From contig CAWDDT010000003.1 in assembly GCA_963801165.1 (NCBI GenBank), positions 147,350-211,349 on the forward strand: a stretch of 64,000 nucleotides of DNA, read 5' to 3'. The position numbers and the translations under genes are program-made. Of this stretch, positions 36,055 to 45,515 are shown piece by piece. Positions within the stretch are counted from its first letter, which is position 1. Each line of letters opens with the position of its first letter. The DNA is from an uncultured bacterium (GTDB taxonomy: Bacteria > Actinomycetota > Acidimicrobiia > Spongiisociales > UBA5794). Under the pieces are notes generated by a model. It had not been told where the DNA came from, did no database searches, and saw nothing but the letters and a program-made list of their open reading frames with translations.

Positions 36055-37569
36055 ATGGCGAAGCGGCTGAAGTACCTGGTCGGAGGCGAGTGGAAGGACA
36101 CCACGAGTGGGTCCTACTACGAGATAACCAACTCCAGTACCGGGGAGGTGATGGCCGAGGCGCCGCGCTGCACCCCTGAAGAGGTGGATGCGGCTGTCGA
36201 AGCAGCCGACGCCGCGTTCCCTGCCTGGCGCGACACGCCTGTCACCAAGCGTGTGCAGGTGATGTTCAAGTTGAAGGCCCTGCTCGAAGACAAGCTCCAC
36301 GACCTCGCCATGCTGCTGGCAACGGAGATGGGCAAGACCTACAACGAGGCGCGGGGCGATGTCCTCAAGGCCATCGAGGTTGTCGAGCTCGCCTGTGCCG
36401 TTCCAGTCAGCATGCAGGGTCACAGCTTGATGAATGTCTCCGAGGGCTACGACACCGTTACCTTCCGCGAGCCGCTGGGTGTATTCGCCGGCATCGTGCC
36501 GTGGAATTTCCCGGCGATGATCCCGATGGGTTGGATGACCCCGCTGGCCATCACCACCGGCAACACTTTCGTGCTCAAGGCAGCCTCGTTTGTCCCCCAG
36601 ACGGCTATTGCCATTGCGGAACTATTCGAGCAGGCAGGATTGCCCCCGGGCGTCTTCAACCTGGTCACCTGTTCCCGCGACGAGGCCGAGCGGCTTCTCG
36701 TACATCCCAAAGTGCGTGGCGTCAGCTTCGTCGGATCGACCGAGGTCGGGCGTCATATCTACGCGACCGCGGCCGCAAACGGCAAGCGGGTGCAGGCGCT
36801 CACCGAAGCCAAGAACCACGCCCTGGTCCTGAGAGACGCCCCGATCAGGGCGACCGCGCAGCGGATCATCAACTCGTCGTTCGGCTGCGCCGGGGAGAGG
36901 TGCATGGCGCTTCCGGTGATTGCGGTCGAGGAGGAGATCGCCGACGAGCTGGTCGCCACGATCGCCGAGCTCGCCAAAGAGCGGAAGATCGGCCCCGCGT
37001 ACGAGAAGGACATCGACATGGGCCCGCTGGTCAACGAGGGGCACCGCGAGTTCGTCCTGAACTGGATCGACAAGTCGGTCGCCGAAGGCGCCAAGCTCGT
37101 GCTCGACGGCAGGAACCTGAAGGTAGAGGGGTTCGAGAACGGCTTCTTCGTTGGCCCGACCGTGTTCGACTTCGTCACACCGGAGATGGACTGCGGCAAC
37201 CGCGAGGTATTTGGCCCGGTTCTCTACGTCAAGAGAGTGAAGAGCTTCGACGAGGGCGTTGAACTGATCAATTCGAGCGACTTTGCCAACGGCGCGTCGA
37301 TCTTCACCAGGAGCGGTTACCACGCCAGGGAGTTCGCCCGCCGGATCGACGCCGGCATGGTCGGGGTGAACGTCGGGATCCCGGTGCCGATCTCGGTGTT
37401 CCCGTTCACGGGGCACAAGAACAGCTTCTTCGGTGACCTGCACGTGATGGGTCGCGACGGCATCATGTTCTACACCGAGACCAAAGCGGTCACCAGCTAC
37501 TGGTTTGACGAAGCAGCGCTCGAGGGTGACAAGGTCGGTACATGGGAGGGGACCATTACCCGGAGCTAG
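36055..37569 (+). CDS. mmsA: CoA-acylating (methyl)malonate-semialdehyde dehydrogenase (MmsA/IolA)
   Basis: PWNFPAMIP, FVGST, KRVQAL..AKNH, GCAGERCMA, GMVGVNVGIPVP, SFFGDLH. Confidence 0.9.
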   Translation: MAKRLKYLVGGEWKDTTSGSYYEITNSSTGEVMAEAPRCTPEEVDAAVEAADAAFPAWRDTPVTKRVQVMFKLKALLEDKLHDLAMLLATEMGKTYNEARGDVLKAIEVVELACAVPVSMQGHSLMNVSEGYDTVTFREPLGVFAGIVPWNFPAMIPMGWMTPLAITTGNTFVLKAASFVPQTAIAIAELFEQAGLPPGVFNLVTCSRDEAERLLVHPKVRGVSFVGSTEVGRHIYATAAANGKRVQALTEAKNHALVLRDAPIRATAQRIINSSFGCAGERCMALPVIAVEEEIADELVATIAELAKERKIGPAYEKDIDMGPLVNEGHREFVLNWIDKSVAEGAKLVLDGRNLKVEGFENGFFVGPTVFDFVTPEMDCGNREVFGPVLYVKRVKSFDEGVELINSSDFANGASIFTRSGYHAREFARRIDAGMVGVNVGIPVPISVFPFTGHKNSFFGDLHVMGRDGIMFYTETKAVTSYWFDEAALEGDKVGTWEGTITRS

Positions 37570-37790
37570 ATTCCCTGAAACGGCCGGCCGGTCACAAGCC
37601 ACGGATCCTCCTCCCCGTGGTCCAGATTCCGGACTCACCTCCCCGGGATCTTCTGTTTGCCTGGCGGCGATCCGCCGCCTTGTTCCGGTTGCCTTCTTCG
37701 AATTCGGTACAGCCGTCGTCTAGCAGAAGAGGTCGAATAGATCCGCCCAGATGGGCACGGCTGGAGCTCAGCGGTCGTTGGTTGGTCTAA

Positions 37791-38198
37791 TCAGGCCTGG
37801 GCTGCGAGCTCGAGCAGATGCCGCATCGTGCGGATCACTCGTTCCGCTTCGGTCACAGTCGGGTCGGTCTGCTCGTACTGTGCTTTGTTCTTCGCCGACA
37901 GCAATATCGCCAGATCTCTCCGTGCGCTTGTCCCGAGATCGCCAGCCTGATCGAGCAGGTCCAGGGCTTGTTGGTGTTCGTTGCTGGCGGCGTGACGTCC
38001 CAGGCGTCGACAACAAATCGTGTCAGCCGCCGCGATGCCCGCCAGCACAGCATTGCTCACCGCCGCCGATCTCGTCGGACCATCTGACGAGAAGGGATCC
38101 AGCTCGGCGAGTTCGGCGAAGGCCTTCGCCTGGTGATGCCTCTGCGCCCCATCTTGCGGATTGCAGCGCCTGGTACGGGATGTCTTCTTGGCCATCAA
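37791..38198 (-). CDS. Small HEPN-like protein, partner of the upstream nucleotidyltransferase
   Basis: Helical protein with NAVLAGIAAADTICC, RHAASNEH and KNKAQY; coupled to the end of the MNT remnant. Confidence 0.6.
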   Translation of the reverse strand: MMAKKTSRTRRCNPQDGAQRHHQAKAFAELAELDPFSSDGPTRSAAVSNAVLAGIAAADTICCRRLGRHAASNEHQQALDLLDQAGDLGTSARRDLAILLSAKNKAQYEQTDPTVTEAERVIRTMRHLLELAAQA

Positions 38199-38797
38199 CC
38201 GGTGCCCGCAGCTAGGAGATCGATCCCGTCCGCTTCGATGCCGGCGAATAGGCTCGGGGAGGTTTCCGGGAGACCGTCGAATTCACTCGTGGTGTAGTGG
38301 AGCAGGTTGCACTCGTTGCCTGTTAGCCGGTGGACACGTGGGGCAATGTCTTGTTCGTGTGTATGGGACGGTGTTTCGTCATCCAGACGAGCAGATGTCG
38401 ATGTCACTCTCCTCGTTGGCAGAACCCGTCGCTAGCGATCCAAAGAGTATTGCCCGCTGCACTGGCGGAGCTTCCTCCACAACGATTTTTGCGATCCTTT
38501 GCAGCAGTTCGCCCCTTAGGTTCACGATCTGAAGTATGAACGGTGCCAGCATGTGCTCTCTGTTCAGGGTGTCAGCACCGCGTTGCCTGCTGTGACCTGA
38601 GTGACCAGGCCGTGAGCCGCCAATTCGTCGAGTGCGTTCTGCACGCCTTGTTGACTGGCCCCTCGGTGGCCAAGCCGCAAAACCTCGCGCCCGGACAACG
38701 GCTCCTGGCAGTCCGTCCTCGGCCAGTTCGGCCCTAGCAGCAGACTCAGCGAGAATCGGAATGAACCGAGTTCGGTGGCTGTCGGCGTCAGGTTCAT
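38195..38797 (-). pseudogene. HTH plus minimal nucleotidyltransferase (MNT) broken by several frameshifts
   Basis: LSGREVLRL...GVQNALDELAAHGLV, TLNREH...LFGSLATGSANEESDID and the C-terminus lie in three different frames. Confidence 0.75.
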
Positions 38798-38857
38798 AGC
38801 CAACCGGCATAATGTCCAGATTGACAACGTGCAGTACTTCATTTGCCAATGAAACGT

Positions 38858-39832
38858 TCAGCCAACCAGCTTCTTCACTGCTTCGACCACACGCTCGACC
38901 GAAGGGATTGCCAGGTCCTCCAGACCGCCCTCCGCCGGCAGCGGGATATGCGGTGTCGTCACCCGCACGATCGGGCTATCGAGATCCCAGAATGCTTCCT
39001 CGGCCACCAGTGACGAGATCTCGGCGCCCCAGCCGAGAAGGCGTGGGTTCTCCTCGACCGTCACGAGGCGTGACGTGTTCGCCACCGATTCCAGGATGGT
39101 CCTGGTGTCGAGCGGTACCAGCGAACGGAGGTCGATCACCTCGGCGGAGATGCCCAGCTGCTCGAGTTCTGTGGCGGCTCCCATCGCTTTGTCGACCATG
39201 GCGGCGAGGGCGACGATCGTCACGTCCGAGCCGGATCGAAGCGTCTTCGCCGTGCCGAGCGTGTCGACGATCTCTCCATCGGGCACCTCGCTCTTGCCGG
39301 CGAACAGTGCCTTGTGCTCGAACACGATGACCGGGTCGGGATCGCGGATCGCCGCCGCCAGCAAGCCGACAACGTCGGCTGAGTTCGACGGTGCAACGAC
39401 CTTGAGGCCGGGGACCGCCATTGCCCAGTTCTCCAGGCTCTGAGAGTGCTGGCCGCCAAAGCGAGCCCCGCCACCGTTTGCGGTGCGGATCACCAGCGGC
39501 AGACTCATCTGCCCTCCGGTCATGTAGCGGGTCTTGGCGATCTGGTTGGTGACGATGTCCCAGCACGTGGCCAGAAAGTCGCTGAACATGAGCTCGCCGA
39601 TTGGGATCAACCCGTTCATGGCGGCACCCATGATCATGCCGGTGATGGCCTCCTCCGAGATCGGCGTGTCCCGTACTCGTTGCGGCCCGAAACGCTCGTA
39701 TAGACCGACGGTGGTCTTGAAGACACCGCCGGCCTTGGCGACGTCTTCACCGATCAGCACGACTCGCTCGTCGCGCTCCATCTCCTGGGCGAGGCCCCTG
39801 GCGACTGAGTCGCGGTAGCTCAGTTCCGCCAT
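38858..39832 (-). CDS. TPP-dependent dehydrogenase E1 beta subunit (AcoB/PdhB-like)
   Basis: GEDV, DTPISE, QHSQSLE, EVIDLRSLVPLD. Confidence 0.93.
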   Translation of the reverse strand: MAELSYRDSVARGLAQEMERDERVVLIGEDVAKAGGVFKTTVGLYERFGPQRVRDTPISEEAITGMIMGAAMNGLIPIGELMFSDFLATCWDIVTNQIAKTRYMTGGQMSLPLVIRTANGGGARFGGQHSQSLENWAMAVPGLKVVAPSNSADVVGLLAAAIRDPDPVIVFEHKALFAGKSEVPDGEIVDTLGTAKTLRSGSDVTIVALAAMVDKAMGAATELEQLGISAEVIDLRSLVPLDTRTILESVANTSRLVTVEENPRLLGWGAEISSLVAEEAFWDLDSPIVRVTTPHIPLPAEGGLEDLAIPSVERVVEAVKKLVG

Positions 39833-40803
39833 GATGAACCTCCGTCTGCCCACACATCAGTCATGAGAATCGCCGGGTCGGGTGGGGGAGCGCTCTTGCA
39901 GACTTCTGTCGCCTCGTCGACCTCCGCCAGCGCGGCGGTATCGATGGCGTCCAGCTCATCCGCAGGTACTCCGAGCTGTGCCAGTCGATCCCGATAGATC
40001 TTGATGGGATCCCGGTCGAGCCACTCCTGGACTTCCTCGTCGGGGCGGTATTTGCCCGGGTCGGCGCGGGAATGACCCTTGTGCCGGTAGGTGAGCGCTT
40101 CGATCAGTGAAGGGCCTTCACCACGCCTGGCACGCTCGAATGCGGTGACGGCAACCTCATAGACGGCATCGGCATCATTGCCGTCGACGATGATCCGCTC
40201 CAGACCGTAGGCCGAGGCACGATCTGCTGCCGGGTGCTCGACCGCGATCACGTCGCCGATCGGCGTGTACTCCATGTAGAGATTGTTCTCGCACACGAAG
40301 ACCACCGGCAGATTCCAGACTGCGGCGATGTTGAGCGCTTCGTGGAACGCCCCGATGTTGGTTGTGCCGTCGCCGAAGAAACAGGCCGTCACCTGATCGG
40401 TACCGCGCAGTTGCGCCGCCCACGCAGACCCGGCCGCAACCGGGAGATGGGCACCGACTATTGCGTATGAGCCCATGGCACCCTTGGATACGTCTGTCAG
40501 GTGCATCGATCCGCCCTTGCCGGCGCAGATTCCGTTTGCCCGGCCCATCAACTCGCCCATTATCGGGCCCATCGGCGCACCTCGAAGCAGGGTGTGGTTA
40601 TGACCTCGATAGGTGCAATAGGTCATGTCCCCGGGGCGCATCGCAGTCGCAAAACCAGCGGCGACGGCCTCCTGGCCCAGGCCGAGGTGTGTGGTTCCTT
40701 TGACCAAACCCTGCATGAAAAGGTCGTAGGCACGTTGCTCGAAGTAGCGGGCGCGGACCATCCCCTCATACAGGGCCAGTCGGGTGTCACGTGGTATCTC
40801 CAT
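39820..40803 (-). CDS. TPP-dependent dehydrogenase E1 alpha subunit (AcoA/PdhA-like)
   Basis: GQEA, YRGH, GKGGSMH, the TPP motif GDGTTN...ENN, and YRHKGHS. Confidence 0.93.
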   Translation of the reverse strand: MEIPRDTRLALYEGMVRARYFEQRAYDLFMQGLVKGTTHLGLGQEAVAAGFATAMRPGDMTYCTYRGHNHTLLRGAPMGPIMGELMGRANGICAGKGGSMHLTDVSKGAMGSYAIVGAHLPVAAGSAWAAQLRGTDQVTACFFGDGTTNIGAFHEALNIAAVWNLPVVFVCENNLYMEYTPIGDVIAVEHPAADRASAYGLERIIVDGNDADAVYEVAVTAFERARRGEGPSLIEALTYRHKGHSRADPGKYRPDEEVQEWLDRDPIKIYRDRLAQLGVPADELDAIDTAALAEVDEATEVCKSAPPPDPAILMTDVWADGGSSWRN

Positions 40804-40940
40804 ATATCAGAGCCTCCTGGCTGTGGTGTTGCAGACGTATCCGGGGTCTCGGTGTCCGCCGTCTCGGGATCCGGTGGCGTGGTTCCGGTACGAGCCGCGG
40901 GGAAGGGGCGGTGGGGCGCCCTTATCACGTGGATTTCGGG

Positions 40941-40992
40941 TTGACGACTGCATGGCCGAGTCCGTATCCTCAAGTAATCGATTATCGAAGAT
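40941..40992 (+). promoter_or_regulatory. Promoter TTGACG-18-TATCCT followed by regulon operator copy 3
   Basis: TAATCGATTATCGAAGAT at 40975-40992 in the divergent E1 / Tm-1-like intergenic region. Confidence 0.78.
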
Positions 40993-41168
40993 AGAGTATT
41001 TTGTCCGAGAATGCACGCCGATCCGGCGTGATTCGATCAGAGGGACGACGATTGGCTGGGTGGCGATTGGATGGGGTAGGTAGCACCGCTGTGATTTCCC
41101 GTTGGCGGGGTGACGCCGGGTGCCGCGCGCCGCTACCGGGGTTACACCCGGGTCGGGGGTTCTGACCA

Positions 41169-42449
41169 ATGGCAACGGTTGCTCTCCTGGGAACGCTCGA
41201 TACCAAGGGTGAAGAATACGCCTACATGCGCGCCCGCGTTGAGCAAGCCGGGTCTGCGGTGCTCATGATCAACGCCGGGGTCATGGCCGATCCCGACTAC
41301 CGCGTCGATTTCACGAGAGCAGACGTCGCCGCCGCGGCGGGATCCGACCTGGGAGAGCTGACGGCTGCGGACCGGGGCCGGGCCGTCGCCATCCAGGCGA
41401 GAGGGGCAGCGGCGATCGTCAGGGAGTTGTTCGTCGCCGACCGTGTCCAGGGCCTCCTCGGCATGGGCGGTTCCGGGGGATCCTCGATCGTCAGCACTGC
41501 GATGCGTCAGTTGCCAATCGGTGTGCCGAAGCTGCTCGTATCCACCATGGCCTCGGGCGATACCTCTCCCTATGTGGACATCTCGGACGTCACCATGATG
41601 TACCCGGTGGTGGATCTCGCCGGCATCAACCAGCTGTCGGCGCGGATCCTGGCGAACGCGGCGGCCGCCATCTCCGGTATGGCACGTGGTTACGAGGCCT
41701 ACCACCGCCCCGACAGTGGGCGCCCGCTCGTCGGGGCAACGATGTACGGCACGACCACCACGTGTGTAGATGCTGCCCGCGAGTGGCTCGAAGAGCACGG
41801 CTACGAGGTGCTGGTGTTCCACGCCACCGGTCCCGGTGGCAGATCGATGGAGGCTCTCATGGAGAGCGGCCACATCACCGCAGCACTCGATGTCACGACG
41901 GCCGAGCTGATGGGTGAGATCGCCGGCGGCACGATGACGGCAGGACCGGATCGGCTCGAGACGGCGGGCAAGCTCGGGCTCCCGCAGGTCGTCGCACCCG
42001 GCGGCACGGATCAGATCGCCTTCCGCCCTCCGAGCGCGGTCCCCGCCGACTTTCGGGAGCGCCACTCGTATGAGCACAATCACGCCATCACCCTCGTCCG
42101 TAGCAACGCGGAGGAGATGGCGAGCTTCGGTCGTCTGTTCGCCGGGAAGCTGAACCGGGCGACCGGACCGGTAGCGGTGTTCGTCCCGTTGCGCGGTTTC
42201 TCGGAGTACGACGCCCCTGGTGGGGTCTTTTGCGATCCCGTCGCAGACCAAGCCTTGATCGAAGCATTGCGCAACCATCTCGACCGCAAGGTGGAGCGGA
42301 TCGAGATGGATACCCACATAAATGATCCCGAGTTTGCCGTGGCGATGGCTAGGAAACTGGACGAGCTGTACCACAGTTGGGGCCCGATACCGGGCGATCG
42401 GGCGCGTGGCGATATGGTAAGTCGGCCCAAGGAGGTTTCAGATGTTTGA
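41169..42449 (+). CDS. Tm-1-like ATP-binding domain protein (UPF0261)
   Basis: GTLDTKGEE, GGSGGS, LPIGVPKLLVSTMASG, TMYGTTT, FHATGPGG, HINDPEFA. Confidence 0.9.
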   Translation: MATVALLGTLDTKGEEYAYMRARVEQAGSAVLMINAGVMADPDYRVDFTRADVAAAAGSDLGELTAADRGRAVAIQARGAAAIVRELFVADRVQGLLGMGGSGGSSIVSTAMRQLPIGVPKLLVSTMASGDTSPYVDISDVTMMYPVVDLAGINQLSARILANAAAAISGMARGYEAYHRPDSGRPLVGATMYGTTTTCVDAAREWLEEHGYEVLVFHATGPGGRSMEALMESGHITAALDVTTAELMGEIAGGTMTAGPDRLETAGKLGLPQVVAPGGTDQIAFRPPSAVPADFRERHSYEHNHAITLVRSNAEEMASFGRLFAGKLNRATGPVAVFVPLRGFSEYDAPGGVFCDPVADQALIEALRNHLDRKVERIEMDTHINDPEFAVAMARKLDELYHSWGPIPGDRARGDMVSRPKEVSDV

Positions 42450-42460
42450 AGGGATCATCG

Positions 42461-43177
42461 ATGGCTGACAACACCGAGCGTCGTTCAGATCCGGTTGCCC
42501 GCAGCGTATTGAGCGAGCAGGTCAAGGACCGGATCCTGCAGTGGATTCTCGAGGGCGAGCTTGCCCCCGGTTCACGCATCATCGAAACCCGTGTCGCCCG
42601 TGAGCTCGGCGTCAGCCAGGCCCCGGTGCGCGAGGCGCTGCGCGACCTGACGACGCTCGGCGTCGTCGAGATGCGACCGTACCGCGGGGCCAGCGTTCGC
42701 AAGCCGAGCAAGAGCGATCTCGTCGAAGCCATGGAGGTCCGCGGCGAGCTGGAGGCGCTGGCTGCCCGGCAAGCGGCGAGACGCATCAGCGCCAAAGAGA
42801 TCGAGGAGCTGCGCACCCTGATCGACGGGATGCATGAGATGGCCGAGAAGGGCGACACTCACGGGCATGCGCAGCGGAACACAGCCTTTCACGCGACCGT
42901 AGTGAGGGCGGCAGGCAACAAGACGTTGACGCGTATCTGGTCGATGCTGGAGCCGTACGCCCGAACCTACGTCACCGCCATGGTGCCCGGTACCGATCTC
43001 GTCTGGCTCGGTGACCGGCACCTGGCGATCCTCGAGGCCCTGGTAGACCGCGACGAGGACCGTGCCGCCGAGACGATGAGAGCTCACGCCCGCGAGGCCG
43101 AGCAGCTCGTTCTGGCAATGGACGAGGCGGTGTTCGGCGATGCCGAGGAGGTGGCGTCGGTCGACGTTGGTAGGTGA
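42461..43177 (+). CDS. GntR-family regulator with FCD domain (FadR subfamily)
   Basis: GELAPGSRIIETRVARELGVSQAPVREAL, NTAFH, H..ILEAL...MRAH. Confidence 0.93.
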   Translation: MADNTERRSDPVARSVLSEQVKDRILQWILEGELAPGSRIIETRVARELGVSQAPVREALRDLTTLGVVEMRPYRGASVRKPSKSDLVEAMEVRGELEALAARQAARRISAKEIEELRTLIDGMHEMAEKGDTHGHAQRNTAFHATVVRAAGNKTLTRIWSMLEPYARTYVTAMVPGTDLVWLGDRHLAILEALVDRDEDRAAETMRAHAREAEQLVLAMDEAVFGDAEEVASVDVGR

Positions 43178-43277
43178 GAGTCGGTTCTCCTGGCGTGCGG
43201 TTGGTGTAGCGGGAGCTCCGGTACAGAGTTTCTAGCTAGCAAAACGGCTGCCAACGGCAGCATGAAAGGAGATATTG

Positions 43278-44159
43278 ATGTTGCAGCTCTCCGAGGAGTT
43301 CTCAGGAGGCACTGCCCGGTTGCGCTTCGACGTGCACGGATCCGAACCCCGTGCGCACGTTCTGGAGGACATGAACTTCCTCAACTACCGCCTGGCCTCC
43401 GTGACCATCGAGCCGGAGGTGACGCTTCCGGCGCCCGACATCGTTTGGCATCAGGACGGTGAGAAGTCGATCTCATACGACGGTGCGCAGATGACATTCG
43501 TCGGCGATTGGGAACCCGGCCCGCTGCAGAAGGTCATCGTGACCGTTCTGGCCTTGAAGATGGAGGCCGAGGGTCTGCACCCGTTTCACTCCGCGGCCGT
43601 CAACTACAAAGGCAGGACCATCCTCTTCCTGGGCGGTGAATCCAACCACGGCAAGAGTATGGGACAGATCGAAGCGTGCCGCCGTGGAGGCCTGCTCGTC
43701 GCTACGGAGACCACCGTGATCAACGAGGACGGCGTGGCGGTGATGGGCTCTGAGGACGTGTTCCTGCGCAAGCGCGCCAAGGGGACCGAACGTGCTGACA
43801 AGGCATCCCCCAACAAGGGAGTTGAGAAGTTCTTCGGCACCATGCCGACGTGGGAGAGTTTCGAGGGCCCGACCCGCGTCGATACCGTGATCGTGCCTGC
43901 CATCGACGGCAACTACGAGCCGGCCACCACGGAGTTGGGGGCGTTCGAAGCCCAATTCCAGACCCTGCACAGCCTCCAGAACTACTTCCTTCTCAACGAG
44001 CTGCTGGCGCCGGGGCATGTGATGCCGATCGTTGATACGGAGGAGCTGCGGGCAAAGCGAGCCGACTTCGCTTTGCGTTTTCAGGGGCCGCGTCCGTACT
44101 ACATGATCCGCGCCGCTGATCCGCAGGTATTGCTCGACGAGGTAGACAAGGTTCTCTGA
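43278..44159 (+). CDS. HPr-kinase-related P-loop protein of unknown function
   Basis: FHSAAV...ILFLG-GESNHGKS (Walker A) followed by LVATE where HprK has LVADD; AAAGGAG RBS. Confidence 0.65.
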   Translation: MLQLSEEFSGGTARLRFDVHGSEPRAHVLEDMNFLNYRLASVTIEPEVTLPAPDIVWHQDGEKSISYDGAQMTFVGDWEPGPLQKVIVTVLALKMEAEGLHPFHSAAVNYKGRTILFLGGESNHGKSMGQIEACRRGGLLVATETTVINEDGVAVMGSEDVFLRKRAKGTERADKASPNKGVEKFFGTMPTWESFEGPTRVDTVIVPAIDGNYEPATTELGAFEAQFQTLHSLQNYFLLNELLAPGHVMPIVDTEELRAKRADFALRFQGPRPYYMIRAADPQVLLDEVDKVL

Positions 44160-44169
44160 GAGGCGACGA

Positions 44170-45039
44170 ATGAATCAATTCGAGTACGCGCGGCCGGACA
44201 CGGTTGAGGAGGCCGTCAGCCTGCTCAACGAATACGGTGCCGATGCCAAGATCCTCGCGGGAGGAACGGACCTGGTCATCGAGTTGCGGAACCGCTGGTC
44301 CGAGCCGAAGGTGGTCATCGACGTCAAACGGATCCCGGAGTTCGCTCCGGCAATCACAGAGCACGACGGAGTGGTATCGATCAGCGCCGGCACGGTAATG
44401 GCGGATCTCACCGCCAGCGATCTCATCCAGACCCGCTTCCCGGCCTTAGCCGAAGCCGCGGTCGTGGTGGGTTCGGTGCAGATACGGGCTCGCGCCACCC
44501 TGGCCGGGAACATCTGCAACGGCTCGCCGGCCGCCGACACTTCACCGCCTCTGCTCGTGTACGACGCCGTGGTTGTTGTCGGCGGGCCAGCGGGGGTCCG
44601 CCGCATCCCGATCGACGATTTCATCGTCGGGCCCGGAAAGACCGCGCTCGAGCGTGGCGAGCTGGTGCTGGCGATCGACCTGCCGCTCCCGGCGGGTGCT
44701 TTCGGGGCGGCCTACACGAGGCTCACCCGGCGTCGTGGCACCGACCTGGCCTCGATAACATTGTGTTGTAGCGTCGACGGGGACGGTAACACCCGGCTCG
44801 CCTACGGCAGCGTCGGGCCACGCGCCTTCCTGGTCGTCGACGATTCCGGGGTCCTCGCCGATCCGACGCTGCCCATCGCCGACAAGACAGAAGCGCTTGA
44901 CCGGATGTTTCATCAAGCGAGCCCGTCTCCGAAGTCGCTGCGGGCGAGCCCCGACTACCGGCTCGCCATGTTGCGGGTACTCGGCGCCAGGGCTCTGGAT
45001 ACCGCGATAGACCGAGTGACGAAGGAATTGGTCAGATGA
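44170..45039 (+). CDS. Xanthine-dehydrogenase-family FAD-binding subunit (enzyme 2)
   Basis: LAGGTDL, QIRARATLAGN, GSPAAD, RASPDYR. Confidence 0.92.
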   Translation: MNQFEYARPDTVEEAVSLLNEYGADAKILAGGTDLVIELRNRWSEPKVVIDVKRIPEFAPAITEHDGVVSISAGTVMADLTASDLIQTRFPALAEAAVVVGSVQIRARATLAGNICNGSPAADTSPPLLVYDAVVVVGGPAGVRRIPIDDFIVGPGKTALERGELVLAIDLPLPAGAFGAAYTRLTRRRGTDLASITLCCSVDGDGNTRLAYGSVGPRAFLVVDDSGVLADPTLPIADKTEALDRMFHQASPSPKSLRASPDYRLAMLRVLGARALDTAIDRVTKELVR

Positions 45040-45515
45040 CTCAAATGATCACAATCAACGTGACCGTCAACGGGCGTCCTCGGACGCTGGAGGTCGCGGC
45101 GAATCACACGCTTCTCGAGGTGTTGCGTGACGACATCGATCTGACAGGCACCAAGGAGTGTTGTGTCGTAGGCGAGTGCGGTGCCTGCACCATCATCGTG
45201 AATGGACGTGCGATGAACTCGTGTCTGATGCTTGCGGTCGAGGTGGACGGTGCTGATGTGATCACCGTCGAGGGCCTGGAGACCGGGGGTGGGCTCAGCC
45301 CGCTGCAAGATGCCTTTCTGGCAGATGGGGCTACACAGTGTGGTTTCTGCATACCCGGCCAGCTCATGGCCGCGACCGCGTTGCTGATGCGGAACCCTGA
45401 TCCCACGATCGAGGAGATCCAGGAGGGGTTGGCGGGGAATCTGTGCCGGTGCGCCGGCTACGAACAGATCACCCGTGCCGTCCTCGATGCCGCACGGGAG
45501 GTCGTCGATGCTTAA
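45036..45515 (+). CDS. Xanthine-dehydrogenase-family 2x[2Fe-2S] subunit (enzyme 2)
   Basis: CCVVGECGAC...SC, QCGFC, NLCRC. Confidence 0.95.
   Translation: MTQMITINVTVNGRPRTLEVAANHTLLEVLRDDIDLTGTKECCVVGECGACTIIVNGRAMNSCLMLAVEVDGADVITVEGLETGGGLSPLQDAFLADGATQCGFCIPGQLMAATALLMRNPDPTIEEIQEGLAGNLCRCAGYEQITRAVLDAAREVVDA

Noticed and set aside
34752-37638. Long antisense ORFs (34752-36104 and 36622-37638; similarly 47846-48772 and 50382-51872)
   Set aside because: They are shadows of high-GC coding genes on the opposite strand and show no recognisable motifs.
30194-45039. 4-hydroxybenzoyl-CoA reductase / anaerobic phenol pathway
   Set aside because: The FAD subunits lack the Cys-rich [4Fe-4S] insertion, and no UbiD-type phenylphosphate carboxylase or CoA ligase is in the window.
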